A stretch of 64,000 nt of DNA from Octopus bimaculoides. Its lineage: Eukaryota. The position numbers and the translations under genes are program-made. Within the stretch, counting starts at the first letter, position 1. The number at the start of each line of letters is the position of its first letter. This document shows positions 13,396-26,264 of the stretch, one piece after another. Below the pieces are notes generated by a model. That model ran no database searches, was not told the origin of the DNA, and was given only the letters and a program-made list of their open reading frames with translations. The stretch spans positions 22,281,437 through 22,345,436 of the forward strand of contig NC_069001.1 in assembly GCF_001194135.2 (NCBI RefSeq). Reading direction: 5' to 3'.

Positions 13396-14498
13396 TCTAT
13401 AGTAAAAAACAAAAGTGAATACTGCCCTACAAAGGGCAGAAATAAAGCACTTGATGATTTTTGTGAACACATTACCAGTTTTCCTTTTAATACCCTACAA
13501 AAACAACTAATTAAATCCAACCTTAATGTAAACGAATGGAAAGAACTAATTGAGATAAAAAATGATTCAAACCTCACCATTAACGAAGCCGACAAAGGAA
13601 GTGCTGTAGTGGTGATGGACACACAGTACTACAAGAAGTTAATACTATCCATGTTGGAAAATAATATTTACTATGAAATGAGAGTACAATACAACCCACA
13701 GAAGACTCTTAAAAACCTCTCCTCCTTACTTCAAATACATGGAAAGGGTTTAACTAAACATGAAATTGACTATTTATCCAATTTTAAATACAGACCTAGT
13801 CTATTCTATGGATTACCCAAAATACACAAGAATCCACATATTTGTAAAGCTTGCAAAGTTTCTCCAAGCCTCTGCATTAATATTCCTCCTGCTACTGAGA
13901 CCATCATTGCTGGCCCTGCTTGTGAAACCCACCGTTTGAGCAACTTCCTCGACATCTTACTCAAACTGTTTCTAAAATATGTGAACAGTTTCATCAGGGA
14001 TGACTTAAATATGCTTAAGCACCTCCCGAAGACAATAAATGAAGGAACCCTGTTACTATCATTCGATGTGGTGAATTTGTACACCAATATCCCACACGAT
14101 TATGGTATAGAAGCGATCTCCTTCTGGCTAGAAAAATACCCAGAAGAGATCCCAGGACGCATCGACCACAGATTCATAATCGCAGTACTTAAATTCATCC
14201 TACTGAACAACTATTTCATGTTCGATACAGTTTACTATCGACAAAAATGTGGAATTGCAATGGGAACCCGAGCTGCGCCAGTGATTGCGAACCTTGTAAT
14301 GGGTTACCTAGAGCTTAAAATATATCAATCATTACTACAAAAATATGGCACCTCATTTCATTGCTATTTAAAGGAGAACTGGAAGAGGTATTTGGACAAT
14401 TGCTTTATACTTTGGATAGACAGCATGGACAAACTCCTCGATTTCAAAATAATGCTTAACAATATTAATAGCAACATACAATTCACTATGGAACACAA
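13396..14498 (+). pseudogene. Penelope-type reverse transcriptase (defective)
   Basis: Motifs SNL..NEW..L, EADKGSAVVVMD, FYGLPKIHK, SFDVVNLYTNIPH and GIAMGTRAAPVIANL. The catalytic motif reads RYLDN rather than YxDD. Confidence 0.9.
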
Positions 14499-14919
14499 GG
14501 TGAAATCTTTAAGATTAAATCAAATTTCACCTGTGCCTCGGAAAATCTAATCTATGCCATTACATGCTTAGGATGTAGTAATAACTATATTGNNNNNNNN
14601 NNNNNNNNNNNNNNNNNNNNNNNNNNNNNNNNNNNNNNNNNNNNNNNNNNNNNNNNNNNNNNNNNNNNNNNNNNNNNNNNNNNNNNNNNNNNNNNNNNNN
14701 NNNNNNNNNNNNNNNNNNNNNNNNNNNNNNNNNNNNNNNNNNNNNNNNNNNNNNNNNNNNNNNNNNNNNNNNNNNNNNNNNNNNNNNNNNNNNNNNNNNN
14801 NNNNNNNNNNNNNNNNNNNNNNNNNNNNNNNNNNNNNNNNNNNNNNNACACAACAAAGAATGAATAAAGAGGCAATTTTCATTAATAAATATCTTCCTCA
14901 ACTAAATATAAACACATAA
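14499..14919 (+). pseudogene. Penelope GIY-YIG endonuclease (spans a gap)
   Basis: GEIFKIKSNFTCASENLIYAITCLGCSNNYI(G) before the gap; QQRMNKEAIFINKYLPQLN after it. Confidence 0.85.
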
Positions 14920-16926
14920 CATAATATAGAACACCACTAACCTTCCATTTAATATCACTAACCCCCATACATCCCATACACCATTCACACTACAAATCCA
15001 GATCTACCCTAATTGCACCAAATCCAGAACTACTTACCTCCCTTACACATAATCTTTTTACTAAGGGGCTAATAGACTTGACACCGTTTAGAATTCGGTG
15101 TATACTCAAAGCAATGACTAGTAATATCACGAAACCGGTATGCTTGTAAATCTCTTTAACAACTCACAATAATGACTTTTATAATCTTTATTCCTATCTC
15201 AGTTCATCTAATTGTATATATATATCGTTACTTTTCACAAAAAGCCTTACCTTCTTTTTGATTTCCAATGTGCATTTTCTCTTGTTTTTCTGCTTACTTT
15301 CCCCTTACATTTCCATGTGTAGTTTCTATTTTGTTTTTTTAACATATTTCTATTATATATATATAGTACTCTTTTTGTAAGCCTGGTACTTATTCTTTGC
15401 TTTGTTTTTTTGCTTTTTTTACCAAACCACTTACTGACAGGGATATAAACACACCAGCACCAGTTGTCAAGCAGTGGCGGGGAACAAACACAAAGACATG
15501 CACACAGATACATACATATACATACTGGTTTCGTGATATTACTAGTCATTGCTTTGAGTATACACCGAATTCTAAACAGTGTCAAGTCTATTAGCCCCTT
15601 AGTAAAAAGATTATGTGTAAGGGAGGTAAGTAGTTCTGGATTTGGTGCAATTAGGGTAGATCTGGATTTGTAGTGTGAATGGTGCACCAGCATGACCGCA
15701 GCCACTTGGCTGAAACACATAAATAAATAAATATATCTATATATATGTATGTATGTNNNNNNNNNNNNNNNNNNNNATATTCCTGCAGAACTAATGTGGG
15801 GTATAGAATATGGAATATACAATATATAATATAATATACAATATATAATATAAAATAAAATATATATATATGTGTATGTATGTATGTATGTATATATATG
15901 TATGTATGTATATGTATGTATCTGTGTGCATGTCTTTGTGTTTGTTCCCCGCCACTGCTTGACAACTGGTACTGGTGTGTTTACATCCCTGTCAGTAAGT
16001 GGTTTGGTAAAAAAAGCAAAACAACAAAGCAAAGAATAAGTACCGGGCTTACAAAAAGAGTACTGGGGGATTAATTCATTCGATCAAGATGAATTCTCTA
16101 AGGCAATGTCCCAGCATGGCCACAGTCTAATGACAGAAACGAATAAAAGATAAAAGATGCACTCTGCCGCTGAGCTGAACATTTTGCACAATTATTCTCT
16201 TGAAAACCTTTTAGAATTCTATTCTCTATCTGTCTCATAAATATGAGACTTTCATATGATGTGGAAATTTTTGCTAACATCCCAAGTTACATGCATTTTC
16301 ACAGTAGTTTATCTTTATGAATCTGTCATTTTTCTGGGAGTATTGTCCATATTTAATCTCTTTATATTTACCCAACTTCTAGAATATTTATGCCTGGCAA
16401 GAATTTTGATATCTGGTTAAGAACAAAGCTAATATTTTCTGTAGAAGAAAGTATGGATGATAAAGTTTTGATTCCTTGATTGTATTTTAAACCTAGAATT
16501 AATAATATATGCTCGAATGTATCAAATATGAAATTCAACTGATTCCATTTTCTCTTCTAAGCTATTTTGCTTTCTAACTCTTAAGAAGTTTAGCTGACTT
16601 AATAGTGTGGCTTTCATGCAGTTGAACATTTCTTTAAAAATATTAAATTAATCCTTAATACCAGTGGCTACAACTTACTATTGAAGAGGTCACAGCTTTA
16701 AAAGAGGATTCTTAAAACCACATAATGAAGATATTCACATTTCAAATAGTTAGTTCTATAGAACAGAACAGTCTGTGAGATTTCTTGTTGAATCAGTTTC
16801 CATTATTTATGCTCTTGAAGAATGTATGAACCACAAAAGATTGCATGTAATTTTGCAGTGAATCTCTTATTTGGAACAAAGAGAAGCAAAACCAATGTTT
16901 GTTCTTAACCTTTAGAATTAAAGTAA

Positions 16927-17087
16927 AGGTGCATGGCTTAGTGGTTAGGGTATTCAGCTCAGGATCATAAGGTCACAAGTTCATAAACTGGTAGCAAGTT
17001 GAGCCCTTGAGCATTGCTGCAGTCCACTGACAAGAATGAGTAGTACTTGTAATTCAAAGGGCCACATTCTGTGTCATGCTGAATCTG
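16927..17087 (+). mobile_element. degenerate tRNA-derived SINE (third family)
   Basis: A-box-like tggcttagtggttagg and B-box-like agttca, followed by non-tRNA sequence. Confidence 0.55.
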
Positions 17088-17476
17088 GAATGTCAATATC
17101 AAGATTTAATAAGTATATGAAATTATGTTCTCATACATCATCTTCATGTGAAATTTGACACCATGTTCAGACAACAGGGACCTTTTGGTACTAAGGTTGG
17201 GGGTCAAGTCAGTTAATTTTGTTGTTCTTAAAACTTTGTCACACATTCATAGTATAAAGCTATTTATCAAAAAATGAAGAAGCCTATCATGTATGTGGCT
17301 GTGTAAACTTAGCAGTTCAGCAAAAAGAGGCAGATAGAATAAGCTACAGGCTTTTAAAAATTTTGAAATACTGGGGCTGATTCGTTCAGCTAAAATTCTT
17401 CAAAGCAGTGTGGATGTGAGCACATATGTGTGTTTATATCTCCTTGTCAGAGTCTGTTTGTGACTCCATCATGATA

Positions 17477-17857
17477 GGTGCAGGTGTGACTATGTGGTAA
17501 GAAGCTTGCTTCCCAACCACATGGTTCTGGGTTCAGTCCAACTGTGTGGTACCTTGGGTAAGTGTCTTCTACAATAGCATTGGACAAAAAAATCCTACCA
17601 AGTGGACTTGCTAGATGGAAACTGAAAGAAGCCCTTTGAATATGTGTGCATGTGTGTGTCTTTGTGTCTATGTTTGTCCTCCACCACTGTTTGACAACCG
17701 GTGTTGATGTGTTTATGTCCCAATAACTTAATGGTTTCACAAAAGGAGAGTGACAGAATAAGTACCAGGCTTTACAAAAAAGAATAAGTACTTGGGTGGA
17801 TTCTTTCAGCAAAAGTTCTTCAAGACAATGCCCCCAACAAGTAAAAGCTAAAAGATG
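17477..17857 (+). mobile_element. SINE family A
   Basis: Colinear with 5827-6247. Confidence 0.8.
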
Positions 17858-18726
17858 CAGGTAGTGATTAGAACAGCTTTTATCATTGGCCTGTAGAATC
17901 AAGACTGATTTGAGCCAAATAAAAACAGGCAAGGAGAAAACTGAAAATATACAAAGACAACCAAATGACAGCCGACTTAACTCTAAAATATGTTTATGTT
18001 GCCTGAGTCAACTGTGTCTCACTTAATAAACATCAACTTATTATATTTCTGATAAGATTTTGGTATCATTCTTCCTTCTATTGTTAGTATTATGCAAGAG
18101 GAAGATTTACTGCATCAATTTTAATCAGTTTCAGTGGGCATGTTGATAAAATAGACACAGCTCATAGATGAGAGAAATTTTGATCACTGCCTCACTCATC
18201 TGAGTTTAAATTCTACTAAAGTTTATCTTGATCTCTCTGAGGATCCATGATATACCAGTAACATACTAGTGTCAGGTCAGTTGACTATATTATTCCTTAA
18301 ATTCAATTAGCCATGTCACACTTTTATTTATTTATTATTTCAGGTTTTAGAGAGCAACACCTTCTAAAGCTTTGGGTCAATTAAAAAAAAAAATTCTATA
18401 ATAATTTCAATCTGCTACATAATTTTTCAATTGGCTAAGTTGTCATGTGGACAGCATGAGGTTTTAAACAAGTAACATTGTGTTGCAGATGAAGAATGGA
18501 ATAGAATTATAATTACAGACAAACACATACATACATACATACATACATACATACATACATACATACATACATACATGCACACACATGCATACATATATAC
18601 ATACAAATATATGTGCATGTATATATGTATGTTTCCATGACCATGGTTCTCTGTCTGTCTATCTGTCCCTCTCTCTTTCTCTCACTCTTGCTGATACACA
18701 CACACACAAGTATTTATATATTTTAG

Positions 18727-18864
18727 GTCCTGGTAGAGTGTAAAGGTAGGGTATTTCCAGAGAAGTACTCAACACTGTCAGGTTCCAGACCAAGCTCGGA
18801 ATTCTTCGAGTGTAGAAAACCTTGGTTTAATGACAGTAACACTGTAATGTCGGTTTGGCAAACA
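18727..18864 (+). CDS. candidate 138-nt exon, VLVECKGRVFPEKYSTLSGSRPSSEFFECRKPWFNDSNTVMSVWQT (unknown product)
   Basis: tatattttag acceptor, ACA|gtaaat donor, open only in phase 0, non-repetitive sequence; no homology recognised. Confidence 0.25.
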
Positions 18865-19412
18865 GTAAATTATAATCCAAATAAAAATAAGACAAAAAAA
18901 TTCTTAAACACATCTTTAATGATTCATTACAATTGTTTCTGAAGCAACTCTATCTGCAACACCAGTTTATGCAAAAATTCAAAGTGAAAATTTATGTAAT
19001 GTTTACAGTTTTAGATATTAGAGTGACACTTTATCCGACTTGCATCAAAGGTTGTGTTGTCTCATTGTCCATCTTCCTGGTATTGTTTTTGGCTTATATC
19101 AGGAGGAAATAAAAACAATAAATAAAAGTGTAGTTATGGGATAAGTGGGGTGGAGATCATTTGTGGGGTGGGGTGGGAGAATAAAGAGGAATTTTCAAAG
19201 CTACCACAAAGAAAAAGAAATAAATCAAACAATAGGAGTGAAAGGCTCGACAAATTCAACCTTGTCCTCAATCAACATTACTATGAAGAGAATGGCATCA
19301 ACTAAGAATGGGTCTATATTGTCACCAACACATCACCATAAAGGAAGCATTCAGCATAGAGGAAAGTAAAGTTTTAGCTATCAATAACTGATACATACAG
19401 ATAGATGGATGA

Positions 19413-19469
<57 letters not shown>

Positions 19470-20661
19470 CAGGTAGATAGATAGATAGATAAATAGATAG
19501 AGAGATAGATAGATACACCCTTACCTGCATGGCACACATACACACATACACAAAACATGCTCCTGCACAGTTTCTACTTGGGAACATGCCCTTACAACAA
19601 CAAATCTAAGTAGAAGTTGGTTGGTAAAAACCAAGTAGAGGGCATTTGCCCAAGGATCACACAGTGGAACGAGACAGATGGTTCGGAAGATGAACTTCTT
19701 AACTGTGCAGCCTTTTTGTCCACTTGTCTGGTCAAAATAAATATTTATTACATTTAGTTTCTCTTTTCTTTTAATCTTTTTCCAATTCATCTTGGCTGCT
19801 AAGTTTGTAACAATAGTCAACACCTGTTGTTTGTCTGGTGTAGGTAACTGGCCTTTCAATAGATTGTTATTGCAATATTTAGCCTGGCTTGCTGCCTTCT
19901 TGGCTCAAGAGATGTTTATTAAATGTCCAAAAATAATCAATTCGAGCACCAGTACAGAATCTTTAGAATAATGGTAATTGTTAGTTAAAGATTAGTGAAT
20001 GATAATTGACATAGTAAGAGGAAATTAACTTAACTATCAGTGAACAACAAAAGCTTCATCTGTAACAGTCAAATCCCCAAGTAACTCTTTTGATAAAGTT
20101 TTGTTTTCACTTGGATGAGTCAAAAGATAAATTATTCAAGTCATGTCAGATAAAAAAAGAAAAAAAATATCTTAGAGCTGTGCATTGTAATACATTCATG
20201 ACAAAGACATAGCTTCAGGGCTGACGATTTCACTTCTCAAGCAAATGGTCCTGGGTTCAATTCCACTTCTTATGAACTTAGAAAAATTTCTGTACCATAG
20301 CTTCATGTTAGCCAATGATTTTTGAGTGAAATTTGTTGGGTAGAAACTGTGCAGAATCCCTTTAGACACATACACACACATAAATATGAATATATATATT
20401 TACTGAACCACTAGATTACAGGGACATAAACAGACCAACACCTGTTGTCAAGTATTATGTTTTGTTGTCAAATTATACTGGAGTTGACTCTACAAAAATG
20501 TAAGGAACAGAAGTAAAATCCATTAATCAATTTCAGACTATATGTTTTTATATAATTAGATTCAAGCAATTACATATGATAGTATTTATAACTGCAGAAA
20601 CTATCTAATTAATTAATCTAATGAATTAAAATATAAACTACTAAATTAGTTACAATATTAA

Positions 20662-22212
20662 TACTGGTTTGGTCAAAAAGTCGATGTGGTTTTTGTCAAA
20701 ACTTAATTTCTTTTTACTTTAATAAGTATCTAATTTCAGTCTGTGCCTTGTACATACACACTCATTTGATACTTGACACTTAAATGTAGTTTGACATGAA
20801 CTTGTAAAGAAACAGGTTTTATGTGCTTGGGATTGCTCTGATAAATGGAGTACCAAAAAAACATTATTGACTCGTCATGTTATTTTATTTTAAAAAAGGC
20901 AAGAAAGTGACATAGAGCTGCAGGAAGATATGTGACCCATTTGGTGCTGATGTCACATAAAATCATTCATTTAACACTACGAAGTGGTTGGCATTTGGAA
21001 GAGCATCCAGCTGTAGAAACCATGCCAAAACTGACCTCACCTGTGCTGGTACCATGTAAAAAGTACTTATTCCATTCTGCTGTGTGGTTGGTATTAGGAA
21101 GGGCATCCAGCCATAAAAATCATACCAAAACAGACCGATATAGTAATCTGGTGTAATCTTCTACCTGGCTGGCTCCTGTCCAACATTCCAACCGATGTCA
21201 GCATGGAACACAGGTGTTAAATGATGATGATGTATGGAGAGGATGTTGTTATGAAATGTGTGTACCAATAGTGCTTTTCAAAATTTCAAATAGGAAACTT
21301 TTCAAGGTGCACCTCACTCTGGTTGGCCATTTGAGATAAACACCTACAAAATATCAACAGTAACCCCAATATACAACCAGCATGATCACAGATATTCTCC
21401 AAATATTGAAATTGAGTGTTGGAAACCATCTGCATCAATTTGGTTACATCAACTGGCTCAATAAATGGGTCCCATATCAATTGAATGAAGCCAGCCTCAC
21501 CCAATGGATTTCTTTCTGAACAGACTTCATTCTGCCAATGAATGAAGAACACAATCTTTCATTGAAGAGAATGGTGACAAGGAATGAAAAATGGATTGTC
21601 TCTAACAATTTGAAGTGCAAACAAACATGGAGAGGGGGGTGTATAGCAAACCACCACAAACAACCTGCAAAACAGAACTTTACGTGAAGAAGGTTATGCT
21701 TTCAATTTGGTAGGATTGGAAGGATGTTGTCCTTTATGAGTTTCTTTGCACAGACAGAACCATCAGTTCATATTCATACTGTGACAAACTGGACATTGAT
21801 TTATTAAAAGCATCCAGTACTTGCTAATCATAAGGACACCGTCTTTCATAATGACAATGCCAAACAGCACAGTCTTTTGAAAATGCAGAAGTTACTTGCA
21901 CTTGGCTGGGGAGTTTTGCCACTTGTGCCTTAAAGATTTTCACCTGTTTTGATCCCTTCAAAATTCATTCAGTGGACAGATCTTCAACTCTGAATAGGAT
22001 GTAAAAATTCACCTAGTGGAAGAGTTTTTCACCAGTAAAACTTGAATTTCTTTGAGAAGGAAATAATGGAACTGTCTAGAAGATGGCAGAAAATACTGGA
22101 ATGAAACAGTAGTTATATCACTGATTGAAAGAAAAAAAATCACTTAGTGTTTAAATCTTGTGTCTTATCTTTGCTTAAAAAAACTGAATGGACTTTTTTG
22201 TCCAACCCAATA
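20662..22212 (+). mobile_element. mariner (DD34D) relic with both TIRs, interrupted by an RTE tail at ~20920-21232
   Basis: TA-flanked inverted ends (ctggtttggtcaaaaagtc / gacttttttgtccaacccaa); frameshifted WVPYQLNE, MVTRNEKWI and FHNDNAKQH motifs. Confidence 0.85.
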
Positions 22213-22654
22213 CATTGTACTAGATAAACTGCACCGATATATTATTGACTGGTACTTATGTTATTAATTGGCAATGAAGACAAAGAGCAAATTCATTCAT
22301 ATGGCAAACAACATTGATTAAAATACCACAAGCATTTTTGACACAAAAGTTTTTGCATTCTCAAGCACAGTTACACTAACAAACATAAATATATGCGCAT
22401 ACACACGTGCATGCATGCATGCACACACACACGAACAAGAGATGACACAAGTATAACGATGATTATGTCATGAAGTTCATAACATAACCATTATTTTCCG
22501 TTTTCATTTCTCTTCCTTATTACTGCTCTATACTCTCTGCTCTCCTAATACAATGTTCTGAAATATATGTAAACTGAGTTCTACACCAGGTTGTTACTCA
22601 CACAATCCTTAAACAAAAGATATCTGTATATGTATAAGAAAACATATATATAAC

Positions 22655-22887
22655 TTTTTATTCTTTTACTTGTTTCAGTCATTTAACTGTGACCATGCTG
22701 GAACACAACTTTGAAATGCTTTGATTGAACAAATTGACCCCCCCACCCACCGGACTTATTTTTTAAGCTAGTACTTATTCTATTTGTCACTTTGTGGAAC
22801 CGCTAAGTTACAGCGACATAAACATAACAACACTAGTTGTCAAGTGATGATGGGAGGGGGAACAGACACAAAGACACACACACACAC

Positions 22888-22928
<41 letters not shown>

Positions 22929-23140
22929 CATACATACATACATACATACACATACACACACACACACACGCATGCACATACAACAGACTTCTTTCAGTTT
23001 CCGTCTACTAAATTCACTCACAAGGCGTTGGTTGACTCAAGCTTTTAGTAGCCACTTGCTCAAGATGCCATGCAGTAGGACTGAACCTGGAACCATGTGA
23101 TTGGGAAGCAATCTTCCTACCACACAGCCACACCTGTACC
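22655..23140 (-). mobile_element. SINE family A
   Basis: Full-length reverse-complement copy with an internal (CA)/(TA) tract. Confidence 0.8.
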
Positions 23141-23153
23141 TCTATGTATATAT

Positions 23154-23304
23154 ATATAATTAATTATATATAAAGGACATTAACTGTGTATTAATGCCTC
23201 ACGCTTCGAGGGACTAAATAAGTCAAAAACTACCAAAAATAAAGTCCCTCGAAGCATGAGGCATTAATACACAGTTAATGCCCTTTATATATAATTAATT
23301 ATAT
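23154..23304. repeat. near-perfect palindrome, ~62-bp arms, 27-nt spacer
   Basis: Left arm ...aaaggacattaactgtgtattaatgcctcacgcttcgagggact is the reverse complement of the right arm agtccctcgaagcatgaggc..., with 2 mismatches. Confidence 0.9.
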
Positions 23305-23936
23305 TTATGAAGAAATGATGAATTTTTTCATTACGAAATGTTTCGTTATTTTTTCATTATGAGGTTTTTTTCACGCTTATCCTATATTATATTATGTATA
23401 TATATATATATAGTTTCATGCTGAAAATTCAAGTATTCTTCTTTAGAATGTTTGTAATTGATTTTCATATGAGAGACGTTTCTGTGCAAGTCCATAGCTA
23501 ACGTTATTGATCCACAGATTAAGAATATGTTTATTCAGCAAATGCAGTGTTCAGCACTCAGTCTCACTGTTTGCTACTGTTATGTGTGTGTGTGTTCCAT
23601 CATTTTACATCTATCTTTCCTTGCTGTCATGGATTGGACAGGTCAGGTTTTAAACGCTCTGAATGAGTTCTTATTTGGATTCCTTGTCCTCCAAATCTGG
23701 TTAAAATACCTCACATGTTGCCCAAAACTTACTATATTTGGAATGGTTCCTATGGTAGATATCCTTCCTAAAAACAACCACCTACCAGACAGTAAGAGCA
23801 ACGTTTTGCAGAGGCAAAATAGGCATCACCACACCCTTGCTGTGTTGATGCCTATTTGTTAGTAAGATCAAATGTCCCTAACATTTTGCAAGCCTTCTAT
23901 GATGAGTGAATGAAATCAATGTGGCTTATAAACATT

Positions 23937-24509
23937 TTAACCCTTTAGCATTTAAACTGGCTATATCCAGTTCAAATATTCTACATGTTTTATTTTCAAA
24001 CTGGCCAGATCTTGGCCTCTTACACTTATCCTAGAATGTTACTTCATCAAAATAAACAGTCACTTCATCAAAACCTCAAAGCTTTGAGATAATGCCTGTT
24101 TAATACAAAATAATGTGAACAAATAAGCATTATATTTGAGAGAGTAATCTGAATGCTAAAAGGTTAACCTTAAGCATTTAAACCAGCCATATCAGGCCCA
24201 AATAGTCTACCTGTTTTAGGTTCAAAGTGGCCAGGTCCTGCCTCTCATACCAACCCAACATTGTCATTCTAAATGTATGCAAACTACATCATCAAAATCT
24301 CAAAGCTATGAGATAATGTATGATTAATTCAAAGCAATATAAATTAATAAACATTTGACAGAATTATCGGGGTCGATAAATTAAGTACCAGTTATGCACT
24401 GGGGTCGATGTAATCGACTTAATCCCTTTGTAGTCCTTGTTTGTCCCCTCTATGTTTAGCCCTTGTGGGCAATAAAGAAATAAGAATTATCTGAATGTTT
24501 AAGGGTTAA
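23937..24509 (+). mobile_element. two tandem piggyBac-type MITEs sharing one TTAA
   Basis: TTAA(23937)-CCCTTTAGCATT...AATGCTAAAAGG-TTAA(24164)-CCTTAAGCATT...AATGTTTAAGGG-TTAA(24506). Confidence 0.8.
24369..24482 (+). mobile_element. 5'-truncated SINE-B inserted in the second MITE, 9-bp TSD
   Basis: AGAATTATC at 24360-24368 and 24483-24491 flanks ggggtcgataaattaagtaccagt...aataaagaaata. Confidence 0.85.
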
Positions 24510-25010
24510 ACATGAAGAGAAACAGCAGAGTTACTACCTGAAATTCAGATTATTCGTTAGAAGGACCTGCTATTCTAAATTTCACTCCTGTCCCCTCCCA
24601 AAATAATTAATAGTTTGTAGAATGTATAATAAATTGCCATGAGCTGTAGAAAGTTTAATGTTTCAGGTATTTGCTAGACTTTCTTTCTTCTGCTCATGGC
24701 AATTGATTTTATTCACCATTTTACAAACTCTGTTGATTTATTGTTTCAAAGTAGACCATTGCTAGTTTCCTGGTATTCCAGGTTTCACCTTGTTCTAAGA
24801 CCTGTGTTACATATTCCAAATGTCAAAGTATTTAGAAAAGTGTGTAGATCATTCATTCACTCATTCACTCATTCTCTCTCTCACACATATGTACACATCA
24901 GACAACACATTGCAATATAAACACTCAAACAAGTGCACATACACACAACTAACAATTCTTCACAACAAATGCACACTGCTCTAATAAGTACAAATCAAAA
25001 GTGCACACGC

Positions 25011-25051
<41 letters not shown>

Positions 25052-25144
25052 TTTACTCCTTCGCAAGCAACAAGCATGAGAGGGGCTAAAAAGTGTTGAC
25101 TCAAGATAAAGAGAGCATAGTGAAGAGAGTGAATAAATTATATG

Positions 25145-25555
25145 TACTTCATATAATTGGCTAAAAGTCGCACTTTTTTCCCTGAAATTTTCACCCAAAG
25201 TTGTGGGTGTGACTTATAAGCACATCCTATAAAAAAAACTTCAGATATTTTCTAGGTCCAAGTCACCTCTGAAGTTCCAACACTTGAAATAACCATAAAG
25301 GATAAAATTTTACATTACTCGTTACTCTTTTACTCTTACTTGTTTCAGTCATTTGACTGTGGCTCTTCTGGAGCACCACCTTTAGTTGAGCAAATCGACC
25401 CCAGCACTTATTCCTTGTAAGCCTAGTACTCATTCTATCAGTCTCTTTTGCTAAACCGCTAAGTTATGGAGACGTAAACACACCACCATCGGTTTTCAAG
25501 CGATGTTGTGGGGACAAACACAGACACACAAACACACACACACACACACACACAT

Positions 25556-25588
<33 letters not shown>

Positions 25589-25969
25589 CATATATATACG
25601 ACGGGCTTCTTTCACTTGCCGTCTACCAAATCCACTCACAAGGCTTTGGTTGGCCTGAGGCTATAGTAGAAGACACTTGCCCAAGGTGTCATGCAGTGAG
25701 ACTGAACCCAGAACCATGTGGTTGGTAAGCAAGCTACTTACCACACAGCCATGGGGCAACTGTTGTTGTCAGTCATCTTCAGCTTACTGAAAGCTCAGTT
25801 ACTGAACAACAATTATGTCTGTGCGATTCCTAATCAAACTTTGCTCTCCTACATCAAAAAAGTCACTGTGACTTATAGTTGGGCCAATGATAAAATTCCC
25901 AATTTGAACCTTGTAAGTCAAGGGTGCATCTTATAGGCAAGGGTGTTTTATAGTCAAGAATATACAGTA
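25145..25969. mobile_element. pogo/Tigger-type non-autonomous element interrupted by SINE-A
   Basis: Ends ta...aaaagtcgcac and gggtgcatcttata...gaatatacagta resemble pogo-type TIR/subterminal motifs. Confidence 0.5.
25322..25750 (-). mobile_element. SINE family A (best-preserved copy)
   Basis: Complete head, microsatellite and tail; retains many CpG. Confidence 0.9.
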
Positions 25970-26264
25970 CATATGCATGCATACACTTTTACACACATGC
26001 ATATACATGCACACACATTTATATGTTCCAGCCCAAAGGTTTTGAACATCCTGGGGCACTGCCATTTAATTGACTTTGGTAGGATACCATACATACAATA
26101 GAACAAGAAATGTTTCTTGAAATTCTAAAAGCTCTGCCAAAATGCCACATCAAAAGAGTCATTCTCACATGTTTATACGCACACACACATAGTAATAATT
26201 GATGAAAGAAATGGAAGATAAATTTGACACTAGTCTTTATTCAGTACAGCCATCATTTTGACTA

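Larger units (their letters stand above)
12642..15240 (+). mobile_element. Penelope-like retroelement, internally deleted
   Basis: N-terminal ORF 12692-13402, then RT, GIY-YIG and a 3' pseudo-LTR-like region that is partly duplicated in inverted orientation at 15521-15684. Confidence 0.85.
12468..16160 (+). mobile_element. SINE family A split by a Penelope insertion (5' half 12468-12641, 3' half ~15860-16160)
   Basis: The SINE head runs into (TA)n at ~12623-12641; the 3' half resumes after (TATG)n near 15870. Confidence 0.7.

Noticed and set aside
15063-15142. Possible hammerhead in the 3' region of the 12642 Penelope (GAAA-CCGG-UA present)
   Set aside because: No recognisable CUGANGA core upstream (best match CUAAGGG); not supportable as a ribozyme.
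25783-25912. 130-nt open exon candidate with a gtaagt donor
   Set aside because: Lies inside the pogo-like element; the donor overlaps its subterminal motif.
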